Assembly: GCA_039621445.1 (NCBI GenBank)
Contig: CP154954.1
Location: forward strand, 40,727,572-40,791,571
From: Euglena gracilis
Lineage: Eukaryota
Direction: 5' to 3'
Length of the DNA stretch: 64,000 nt
Part shown: positions 34,164-44,944 of the stretch, piece after piece
How positions within the stretch are numbered: position 1 is the first letter of the stretch
Layout of the letters: every line of letters begins with the position of its first letter
Made by a program: the position numbers and the translations under genes
Notes under the pieces: model-generated
Database searches by the model: none
Told to the model about the DNA's origin: nothing
The model's input: only the letters and a program-made list of their open reading frames with translations

Positions 34164-35424
34164 GCCTCCAACTAAAGGGACCCCCGGGGGCCCTTCAGTT
34201 GGATCAGGGGCGGCATTTTACGTTAATGATGGAGTAGGGTTAGGGTTCCGAATTCGGCCTAATTTCAGGCCTAATTTGTACACTTAACACTAATCTATAA
34301 GTTAGGCCTAATTCTAACCCTAAGCCGTAACCCTAACCCTATTCCTTCAATAATGCCAAAAAATTTTGCCGCCCCCTGATCCAATTATATTGACCCCCCA
34401 GGGGGGGTCCCTTTAGTTGGAGGCTGCCATATATAGGTACGACACATGCCATATTTTTTATGAGCACCTGAATACTCTTATCTATGCATATTCAGGTGTT
34501 GAGGCGTTGGCAATGTTGCGGTAAAGAGGGATTTCATAATTCAATGCAATGCAAAAGTTCATGATTTCAAGACCCAGTTATGGGAGCCCATAACTGCTCG
34601 GGGAGCGGGAGTGCCCTACCTTTAAGAAAATCCCTGGTACCAACTGAAATGCTGAATGAAATGCTGATGCATACTGCACCTCCTGGAGCCTTGCCACTGC
34701 AGCCTGCAACCTCCAACATGGCTGCATAAAACCCCAGCAGGGAGGGCCAGAAGGAGAGAGACAACTAGAGGGAGTGTCGATTGACCATTAACACCATCGA
34801 CACACCCTAGGATAGGACTAACTATCTGGACCCCTTGGACGGGTCCATATCATTCTTGGCTGCCATGTACACATGGATTCATTTAACACCTGTGTGACCC
34901 TGGGGGGTTGGTGGGTTTTTGAGAGTGGGTGGGTGGGTTGGGGGCCTCTTGACCCCCCCCCCCCCCCGGGAGTGGGGTGGGGAGTGCCACGGGTCAGGTC
35001 TTGGCCCAGCCAAAGGGAGGGCCAGAGTTTTTCAAGAAGGGTTTTTAGCTGATTTTGGCTGGATTTTGGGTGGGTTGGTGGGTGGGTGGTTGACCCGGGG
35101 GGGGGGGGGTCGTGGGTTGGTTGGTTTTCGAAAAAGGGGTGGGTGGGTTTGGCCCAGGGGAAAATGCCCTCCCAGGCCACTAAGTGAATCTGTGCTCAAC
35201 TTTTGTGGACCATACCCAACCCAAACCCTAAACAACTTTTTTCCCTCCTTCCCTCCCTACCTCCCACCTTCTCAGTTTCGAGTTGCCTGACACGGGGAAA
35301 GCGCGCTTTGTCCTTGATTTCACTAAAATGACACAGTTCAGGCTCGTTCTCGTTTTTTTCCCTCCTTCATGGACAGAATAAATGGTAGCAGCCTGAACTA
35401 GCATGCTCATTCGCATACACCGCG

Positions 35425-35457
<33 letters not shown>

Positions 35458-35839
35458 GTGTGACGGACGCACGCACACCTGCACACACAGCCGGTGTGGG
35501 CTGTGTGTGTACACACATACAGAACACACAAAACAACACAGCACAGCACAGCACAACACAACACAATGCACACACACACACACACACACTCACACACATG
35601 CGCGTGCACACACACGCTCACATGCACGCACACACACTGACACACAACGTGGTGTATCACCCTTGGTGCTATGTACATTCCAGCGACAGAGGCGCCTGTC
35701 ACCAACCAATATGACAGCCAAACCCATCCGTTCTCGGGCAATTCAAAGAGTGTCCCCGCCCTCTGAATCAAAGCAGAGTCAGGTTTGCCTGTGTGTTGTT
35801 GTGTGCGTGTGTGCACACGCGCTTGTGTGTGCCTGTGGC

Positions 35840-35870
<31 letters not shown>

Positions 35871-36190
35871 GGGTGGGTGGGTGGGTGGGTGGGTGGGTGG
35901 GTGGGTGGGTGGGTGGGTGGGTGTGTGTGGGTGGGTGGGTGGGTGCTGTGTGTTTGTATGGGTGGGTGTGGGGATTTATGTCCTCTCGTCGCAAAAACAG
36001 TCCATCAGAGCGCACCTCTCCTTTTCCCCAGGGTGGGGCTCAGCAGGGGCCCCTCCGGCCCTGGCACATCACGCCGGTGAAGACCCGGAAGATCGACCTG
36101 CGCTTCACGTGTCTGGCGATGACGCTGCACAGCGGGGGCCCTCCGAAGGGGAAGCAGCAGCTGGGGAAACGAGGCCGGCCCACCGGCTGA
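27978..36190 (+). CDS. PAK1IP1: PAK1IP1/Mak11-like WD40 ribosome-biogenesis factor with inserted NLS and WWE domain (459 aa, 15 exons)
   Basis: Exons 27978-28024, 28630-28666, 29023-29138, 29566-29618, 29727-29853, 30166-30293, 30711-30796, 31067-31135, 32589-32686, 33238-33309, 33528-33651, 33777-33901, 35276-35335, 35704-35782, 36032-36190; total 1380 nt, phases consistent. Motifs collinear with PAK1IP1/Mak11 as I recall them: IAAGTYDG, DHAGPVTAVAV..FLLSGGVDENIRVY, QHKATITCMRF..THLASG, LVLSVGADHLLKV, HHLNRVKAV, IASVDSDG, DLRFTCLAM. Confidence 0.9.
28025..28629 (+). other. Intron with perfect 8-bp TSD (non-conventional reading; slides to GC-AG at 28020-28624)
   Basis: GCTGGGAC at 28020-28027 and 28625-28632; IR CTGGGCATTGCC / GGCAAGGGCCAG. 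Confidence 0.88.
32746..32994. mobile_element. hAT-like MITE with perfect 8-bp TSD
   Basis: TIR CAGGCTTCTGCTTAAGG / CCTTAAGCAAAAACCTG; TSD CCCCCAGT on both sides. Confidence 0.92.
33075..33189. mobile_element. 115-bp hAT-like MITE with perfect TIR and TSD
   Basis: TIR CAGGGTTTGATATAAGGA / TCCTTATATCAAACCCTG; TSD GCTGGGAG on both sides. Confidence 0.93.
34069..34158. repeat. (TA)n microsatellite
   Basis: Directly visible. Confidence 0.97.
34159..34429. mobile_element. MITE inserted in (TA)n, carrying telomere-like repeats
   Basis: Perfect TIR TGGCAGCCTCCAACTAAAGGGACCCCC; internal TAGGGTTAGGG and CTAACCCTAA runs. Confidence 0.9.
34872..35194. mobile_element. MITE, sibling of the intron-forming element 24360-24683, lying inside a GT-AG intron
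   Basis: CATGGATTCATTTAACACCTGTGTGACCC ... CACTAAGTGAATCTGTG; collinear interior; no clear TSD. Confidence 0.87.
35336..35703 (+). other. Intermediate intron (GT...CC) with CAG/CTG pairing
   Basis: +4 CAGGCTC pairs with GAGGCGCCTG; removal gives the WWE motif FVLDFTKMTQTNMTAKPIRSRAIQR. Confidence 0.82.
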
Positions 36191-37078
36191 CAGCCCGGCA
36201 CAATACACACCTCGGTGAGGGGCGGCGGGTGTGTGCCTGTGGCACCCCCGTACCCCACACACATATGGGTGGCACCCGCATTCCACCACCGCTGTTCTTT
36301 CCTGCCACTGCATTGCTGTCTGTGTCCACTGGTGCTGGGGCATTTCGCATTCCACAACTTTTGTGTCTCTTAACATTCACGCCTGCATCCAACCCCCCAC
36401 CGGGGGCTCCAGCTAGCATCTTTTTTTTCCCCGCCCCCTGACAAGTTCTTATCGTATCATTAACCCCCATTGACTAACCCCTTGGGGTCAGTACGATCTG
36501 GTTTGCTTGGGCTGAAGCGGAGGCGGGGGGTTAGTAATTGGGGGGGGGGGGGTTAGTTGGTCAAATCCGACCCCCCAAAATGCCCCAAAACACCCCTATG
36601 CAACGCATTTTTTGGCAGAATTCGAAAATGGCATTTTTCATGATGATTCTTGGGAACACAAAAATTGACAAAAATCAGTTTTTGGGGGTGTCTTGCAACC
36701 AAATAAATCGTCCCCGGCGTCTTTTTCATTTTTCTTCACCCGGGGAGGGGGTGGTTAGTCAGTCGTCCTTTGGTTGGTTGGCCCAAGGGGGGGTTTGTAG
36801 GTGGGGGGGGGGGGTTGGTGGGAGAAGTGGGGGGAGAGGTGAGGTTTAAACCGGGGGCCGGTGCGGGGGCCTGACAGTTTCCCCGGTGCGACCCTGACAG
36901 GTTCTCTGGCGTCACAGTTTCCCAGGAGGGTGAGGGTAGGATTGCAATCATCATTTGCACCCATTCCCAAGTCCTCCCGACCAGGGGTTTTCTCCTGGGG
37001 GGAGGGTCCCGCAGGCCGCTTCTTTTAAACTCAGACCCCCCCCCCAGTGGGTGGGTTTGGGGCCGGACCGACCCAGGG

Positions 37079-38277
37079 ATTTGGATTTGGATTTGGTATG
37101 CCTCGCACGCAACGCCCGCGGTCAGCATTCAAGGCCGAAACCCCAAAAGCTGCCGCGGGGCGGACCCGAGGCCCGGGAAGCAGGAGAGAGTGTCGGAGAA
37201 GGAGGCGAGTCGGGACGGCCGCCGCGCAGAATGCCCGCAGGACAGGAAGCGGTGGGCGAGGTCGGAGAAACATCGAAGAGGCAGGTGCCTGCATAGGAAC
37301 TGGGGAAACAGAAGGAGAAAAAGGAGAAAGGAAAGAGAAAAAGAAGGGGGGGGTAGAAACCAAAACGGGGGGAAAAAAACAGAAGAAAAGAAAAGAAAAG
37401 AAAACAGTTCAAGGACAGTGGCTGCTCCGTGGAGAGGATCAGAATAGACAGCTACACACTGGGTAGTCATGATAAACTGCAAGGCAACGGGATTCCCTAG
37501 GACGCTATGCCAGAACGATGCTGCGTGACATCAAGACACAGCATGCCGGTGTGACGGTGGTGGCCACTGGAGAGCGGGAGAGCTAACAGGCAAAGGAGCT
37601 AAACCAGGCTATGATAGGTCCCAAAAGTCTAAAGGTGTGCAGGGGAGCGGTGACCAAGCAGAGTGAGCAAACTGAGCAAGGCACAGATCACAGGGTCCCC
37701 AGGGGGCTCTTCAGGCTGACGCGTCCCCAGGGCTCAGGTGCGAGGTTTCAACAGAGAAGATGGGGGAAGCGGGATTTGAGACAGGAACCTACAGGCCCAC
37801 AGTGCGAGAGAGTGGGGAGGGGGACCGGAATAAAACAAAACGAAAGCGAACCAAGGCAGAAATAGCACGGTAAGTGAAAAGACCCAAATGGACAGACAAA
37901 TAAGCAGAACAACAACGACACACCCATACACCAATTAGAAAGGAAAAAAAACAACAACAAACAAACAAACAGAGGCACCAGAATGAGCTAAACCCTGTTA
38001 GGATTGGGTACCGGCGGCCGCAGGAGACAACAGGGGCGGCAGGTTGGCGTGGGTGGCCAACGAGGCCCAGGCCATCGTGGCGGTGATATTTGTATCAAGG
38101 GGACAGACCAGGGTTGGGAGCGGGGGGAGGGGGGTGATTCCATGCCTGCAAAGAACCAGGATGCGATCCAACACTGTCAAACGGGTAGAGAACAGTCGCT
38201 TCTGGGGTAAAGAAGAAAGAAGAGAGGGAAATGAAACAAGCAAAAGAAACTCAGTGCAAGGAGGCAAAATAAACAAA

Positions 38278-38360
<83 letters not shown>

Positions 38361-38636
38361 ACACATAAATGAATAATCAGTAAATAAATAAATTAGTAAA
38401 TAAAGAAATAAATAAGGAAATAAATAAATAAAAAATAAATAAATAGATAAATAAACAAACAAACAAATAAAAAAAATAAAATAAATAAGATAAATAAATA
38501 AATAAATAAATAAATACAAATAAATGCATAAAGTTAACAAAATAAAACTAAATAAAATAAACTAAAATAAAAATAAATAAATAAATAAATAAACAAAACA
38601 GACTGACAAATTGGAGTCCCCACACGTGCACACACA

Positions 38637-38678
<42 letters not shown>

Positions 38679-40963
38679 TTACTAGAGGGGGAAAGAAATT
38701 GAAACGGGGAGCTGGTCTGTCTATTCGCTCAACTCAGCTCGACCAGGTCGGTGTTATCGAGGAAGCCATCGAGGTCATCTGGGTCGATGATGGACGCCGT
38801 GGAGACTGAGGAGGGAGGTGGGGAGGCTGTCGGGGGCTGCTGAGAGTCCCCCGAGAGGGGCGAGGGCCCAGGAGGCAGTGGTAGGTGGGGTGTCAGGGCC
38901 TCAGTGGATGAGGATAAAGATGAAAACCAGGGTTCGAGGTTCAGGTACACGTCAGGGGGAGGCAGCAGGACATCCAGGAAGCGACGAAGGACGGCAGGAA
39001 GGGCAGCAACAGGACCAGTGAGACACAAGCGTAGGGGGAGGTGCAGCAACTGCAAGGCGGCTGGAACGGTCCCGGGATGGTCGTGGAGGAGGCTGATGGG
39101 GGTGGGGGAGAGACCGCGGAGGAGCTCTCCGCAGCTGAGGATGATAATGGGGAGGTGGAGGGGGTCTGTCAAGGGCCGGGGGCGCAGGCAGCCGACCGAA
39201 GTTGCCCACGGACCAACCACGGCGGTGGAGGGCAGCTGCAACAGATGCCGGAGGGCGGTGGCTGTGATCAGGAGGGCGGGGGGCGGCAGGGGTGTAAGGG
39301 GCATGCTTTCACAGAGGGTAGTCCAACCTTTCAGGAGGGTGGGAAAAGTGGGGAAATTCGAGTATAAGAGTGCCACAGAAGTGCTCTGACATTAGAGAAC
39401 TCAAAAAAAAAACAATTAAAAATAATAAAAATAAAAAATAAAAAGTAAAAATAAAAAATAAAAAATAAAAATAAAAATAAATAATAATTAAAGACAGGTA
39501 AACAGATGATAATAAGAATAACAATAATACTGACAAGGTAAGAAGAATTAAATAGTAAAGACTCAATAAATGAGCCTAAAAGGAAATAATAAACGAGCAG
39601 ATTAAAGAAAAGAAGTGAAACCAGGCTTTCCTTTGACGAGAGAATGCATAAATGTATATATATATATATATGTGTGTGTGTGTATATTTTATATATGTGT
39701 ATATATATTCTGGTGTGCGTGCGAATGACTGCCTGTAATGAGATTTTTTTTTAAAAAAGAGAATCAGAAACCAGTCTGAGATATAGGAAATGAGAAACAG
39801 TTTTTCATCAGAAGAGGAAAAAGAAAAATAATGGAAGGAAAAAAAATTGTGCGTGTGTGTGAGGGAATGACTGGCAGTTGAGATATATGCAGGTGCGTTG
39901 TTTGGAAGGAACATTTGGGATTGTGCGGGCAAATTTTGAAGGCATGTTTGAGGGCTGTTCCAATAGAGAAAACGACGTGTGCTGCAGCAAATCCCATCGC
40001 AGCGGCGTGTCGGCCGAGATGAACTGGTCGAGGGCGGAGAGGAAAGCGCTGGACAAGCGGCAGTGGTCATCGAAGGGCAACCAGAGGCCCATTGGCAACC
40101 AGATCAGGCCGGACCAGGTGACGATGGCATCCGTGGAGTCATGGCTGTCTGGGTCAGGAACGAGATGCCAGCAGCAGGGCAGTTGACCATGGCGGCAGGC
40201 GAGGAAAGTGGTTGCGGAACGCCAGGACACGACGAAGCCCAGGTCGAGTAGACAACGAGATAGCCGAGAGAATGCATGGCAGAGGGCGACGGCCAGCAGC
40301 GGACAGTCATCCAGAAGGTGTATACCCCAGCCTGAGCATGGAACACCACAGACAAGACAGTGGAAAGCCTCGCTCTCGGTGACGGCAAAGAGCGGTGCTG
40401 CTCGGATCAGGGCCGCGAGGCGCAGAGCACTGGGCGTCAGGATGTTGGATTCGACGATGTGAGCCCAGTCGCGGTAGGCCGAGATGGAGGTAGGACGTCG
40501 AGGGAGGGCCTCCACAGGTGGTTGGTGGGCCTCGTTGTAAATCACATCAAGCGTGGCCGGGACGCTCAGGACCAGGGAGCCGTGCCGAAACAGCAGGACG
40601 GTATCGTCGGCAAGGTCCAGGAACGGGACACAGCCCGCACCGGCAGAGCGAGCACCTGCGGCAGCCAGCGCATCGCACCTGGCCTGCAAGGCGGCTACAA
40701 CATGATTCCAGCAAGGCGGCCCAATGAAACGAAGAGGGAGAGAAGAAAAAGGAAGGAGGGTAAAAATAAATAAGTAAATAAAAATATAATAAATAAATAA
40801 ATAAAAATACACACACGCGCCTTGTTGACAGCTTCAAGTAGCTGGTTGAACTGGGAGAAAAGGGGGGAAAAATAATAAGTAAATAAATAATATCAACAAT
40901 ATCAACCAAATGAGACAGATAAAATAATTATAAACAAAAAAAATTAGCTAAGTAAAAAAACTT
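37079..40963 (-). mobile_element. Degenerate, 5'-truncated non-LTR retrotransposon remnant
   Basis: 27-bp direct repeat TGGGTTTGGGGCCGGACCGACCCAGGG at 37052-37078 and 40964-40990; (CCAAAT)3 tail on the minus strand; ORF 39808-40812 contains ARCDALAAAG (RNase H tail-like) and CLVC-x9-H-x4-C zinc knuckle; no RT core visible. Confidence 0.65.
38268..38600. repeat. (AAAT)n microsatellite
   Basis: Directly visible. Confidence 0.96.
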
Positions 40964-41006
40964 TGGGTTTGGGGCCGGACCGACCCAGGGGTGGGTCCCG
41001 GCTGGG

Positions 41007-41464
41007 TCCCCCCCCCCCCCGGGCAATTGACGCCCCCGGGCAATTGTCACCCCTGGCTGTACCCGCCAATTTGTCACCCCAGGAAATTGTCACCCCCCTC
41101 CGTGCTGCCCAATTTGTCACCCCCACACAGAAGATGTTTGTGAACTTTCTTTTCGCTGACACGACTCGATTGATCTTCTATTTCGCTACAACGTGCTGAG
41201 AAATGTCACATACCAAATGCTCTGCACAATATCACAACCATAGCTGCATTTTTGCGTGTTCACTGGTGTTTCAGATGGTGTTCTTGGTCATTTAGATTAA
41301 ATGTGGTCTACATCGGTGGGCAATTGACCCCCCCCAGGCAATTGACGCCCCCGGGCAATTGACGCCCTTGTCACCCCCCTCTGTGCCGGCCAAATTGTCA
41401 CCCTGGGAAATTGTCCCCCCCCCCTCCGTGCTGCCCGATTTGTCGCGCGACAATTGCCCGGGGG
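41007..41464. mobile_element. MITE, GGCAATTG(A/T)C family
   Basis: Highly similar to 62943-63436; TIR CCCCGGGCAATTG. Confidence 0.9.
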
Positions 41465-42802
41465 TTTTTGGGAAATACCCTCAGACGGCCCGATTTTAAT
41501 TAAAGATCGTATTTGGACCCACTTTGAATCCATGAGCGCAGAACAGAATTTGAGCTTCGGCCAAGACGAAATAGGCCATGTGTATACAATTTTGCATTGA
41601 TTGTATCAAGGTGTGTAGTTTTGGATGCCAGACTTCGAGAAAAAGGGAAGTAATCTGGGGCCGAGCAGGAAGATATGCGTAAGATGTTCTTTCAAAAACT
41701 GCGGACGGGCCATTTTTTCCAAGTGAGCCCAACCATATTATGGTTGGGTCTGACATTCACACCAATGTCAATAATAATATTGGTTTGGGTCCATTGCTCT
41801 TCTAGATGCATGCAGTGTAAACCAAAAAGTCCAGTTTTGGGGGGTGAACCTGCATATGCACACACACACACACATACACACACGCACACATCTTAATATA
41901 CATGTATATTTAACACATAATACACATTTGAATACATGCGCACATACACATTTGAGAATTTCAAAAGCACAAATCTCTGTATTACCCATAAAAATTAATT
42001 TTGGGTCAAATCAATTTTTTTTATTAATGGACCCGTCACATTACTCCTGTCCCAATGTTCGCACACCAATGCTATTGTGGGTTTTTTCCGAGTTAGCATG
42101 CAGCACTGTCCTCTCCACCTGGGAAGGGGGGGCATCGATCGGACACAAGAGACCCAACATTTGGATTTCATTGGGGGAAGCAAAGACTAACACATGAAAT
42201 ATGCATTATCCAGTGCTTTCTTTTCTTGGTTCATGTCCTCATGATTTCCAGAAGTGGGATGAAATTGCCACAGCAACAAGGCTTTTGTACTATTGGAGGG
42301 CCCCTTTGCGGGCCTCCAGTCATTCAGGGCAATTGTCACACCCCATTCAGGGGACAGGAGCCAAACAAAGTAAGTTTTTTTTTGCCAGAGTGTTTGCCTT
42401 GGCCGCTTGTCTGCAGAGTTTTGTCGCTTTCTCTCGTGGCCGCCCCTTGCCTTCGGCGCCAGCGACTCCCTGGTGGATGTGCCGGGCCCCCGGGCAGGCC
42501 TTTGCTGAAGGTCTTTTCCCCCAAGGGAAGCATTTCACTGCCTTGCTGGGCCAGGGCCAGGATGGGCTGGAAGTGGCCAGGAAGCCCCCCCCCCCCCCGC
42601 TGGGCTGCAAACGGGTCGACTTCGATGGTTTGGCGCCTTTCCTTGGCCACCGCTTTTCATGGCGGGTTCTTGGTGCCCCCCCCCCCCAGATTTCAGGGTT
42701 GGGACAGCACGGCCCGGTTCCCACCAGCCCGAAAGCCGACCGCCCCAGAGATGGCCCCCGGGGCCAGTCCGTGCAGCAAAGGCCGGCAGGTGGCCACACG
42801 GG

Positions 42803-44896
42803 ATGTCGGCAGACCCGTTCCCGCCGCTGCCGCCGGGCTGGGAGTGCCGCCTCCTGACGAGCGGCCGGTACATCTTCCTGGACGAGGCGTCGTCCACCAC
42901 CACCTTCAGCCACCCAGGGAGGGCGCTCACATGCACGTGTGCGCACAAACACACACCCGAAAGAAATGATTCATTCCCTTCTTGTGACTGCTCTCAATCG
43001 CTTTCAACTTTCCTCAAGTAGATGGAGTGGCTTCTTTGTTCCAGATTTTTGGCCCAGATTTGGGGGTGAACCATTCGACCAAGTTAGCTTCTGTTGGTCT
43101 GTAAGGAGCGCCTGCATCGCTCTCCCGGCGCATTTCGATGGCAAACCTCTCCTCATTCTGTTGTTGGCATTTTGCGTGCCATAGCCCCCCCCACAGGGAT
43201 GTATGGGAAGCCCGTTGGCATTGAGGGAGGTAGGTACAACTCTCCCACCCCCTAGATGTTGGGAGGGGCTGGACTCCCCCAGGCATAGATGGGAAGCCCT
43301 TCGGTTTTGAGGTGGGTGGTAGGGGGGGGGGGGTCCGGACCCTGGGGGGTGAGGTGGTTGGGGGGGGGTCCGGACCCGCTCCCCTCCCACTGGATGTTGG
43401 GAGGGGGAACCAGACCCCCCACCCCCCCTCCTTGGCTGGTTCCCTCAGCGCCAGAAAATGCAAGAAAATTTTCTCTTTTCGCTCACTTTTAAACACATTG
43501 CACTTTTTTTTTTTGATGGTTTGGTGTTTTCCACACAAAAAAAGATGTTCAAAAATTAAAAAATCACAAAGAACATTATTGGATTTTTTTTTCAAAGAAA
43601 AATCAGGAATTCTTCAAAAAACTGGCCTGGTTTCCGGAACCATTTTTCATAGAACCAAAAATTTTCCCAGCCCCTTTCGGGTTGGGGGGGGTCCAGACCC
43701 CCTCCCCAGGGCTTCCCACACATCCCTGCCCCCGCCCCCCCCCCACCCTGTCACCACCCGACCACGCGCCAGGAGTACCACTCGCCCAGCAAGCCGGGGG
43801 TGGGCCGGGCCGCCCTCGTCGCCTCGGGCCCGGCCGCCCCCCGCCCGGCGACGGCCTCCGTGGGGCTGCGGAAGCCATGCAGAGGGGAGGGGTTTTGCAA
43901 CGACCCTGTTCCGTGGGTGCTGTGAGGTTTTGACGGTGTTTGCAAAGGTGATGGGACAGACTCAAGCGTTTGAAACTTGTGAACAGTTTGGATTTGCCCA
44001 CAACCTTGGGTTGAAACAGATCTATTTTTTCTGTCCCTTGTCGTATCTTTTTCTTGAAATGCTTCTTTTTTTCAATTGTAAGTCCTGTTTCTGATGTTTC
44101 CCCAAACCACATCTTTGCGATGGGAACGGATGAAGGCAATTTGTGCACAAACATGCGAAACTACGCATTCAGCCACATATGAACATACTGCTTTCCTCAT
44201 ATTTCCGTACACTCGCCTTTCTATTTATACTTCTCTGCGTATTCTCCCCCATTCACCATGAAGTTTCCCATCCTCCCGTATCATCTTTCTTCCCGTTCAC
44301 TCAAACAGCCCGACGCCGCCGCAGCGCCACGCCGCCATTCCCCGACCTGCCCCCCGGCTGGGTCTACGGCGTGGAGGGGGCGTTCTTCGTCTTCCACCAG
44401 CTCGGGTCCGCGGTGTGCCAGTCCCGCCACCCCCTCACCGGCCGCCAGTACGCCGCCCCCCACGGCATGGGCAGCCCCGCCGGACCCCCCAGAGCGTTGC
44501 CTCCCGCCCCTCCCCCTTCCCGCCTGTGTCCCCGCCTGGCGGTTCCGTTGATGGTCGGTGCTCTGCGGCCAGCCCGAGGCCATGTGCCGAAGGCCACGGC
44601 GGGCCCCTCCCGCGGCCGGACGCCATCCGACCACAACTCCCCCCGCCCCAACGCGGCCCCGGCCCAGTTGCGGCCGCCCGCCCCCGGCAGTCCGATGGGC
44701 CGAACCGCCACCCCGGACAAGGTGAGGACCAGCACTGGCCCCACACATATGCGCAGCCTGGGAGCGAAAGCGAGAGTGAGAGAACTAGAGAGAGAGAGGT
44801 GTGTGTGTGTGTGTGTGTGTGTAGGTGTGCTTGTGTGCGCGAGTGGGTGTGGGTGTGTTTGTGAATACACACACATGCGCATGCAGGCACGCACGC

Positions 44897-44944
<48 letters not shown>

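Noticed and set aside
37998-38540. 180-aa (YLFI)n ORF
   Set aside because: Translation of the (AAAT)n microsatellite
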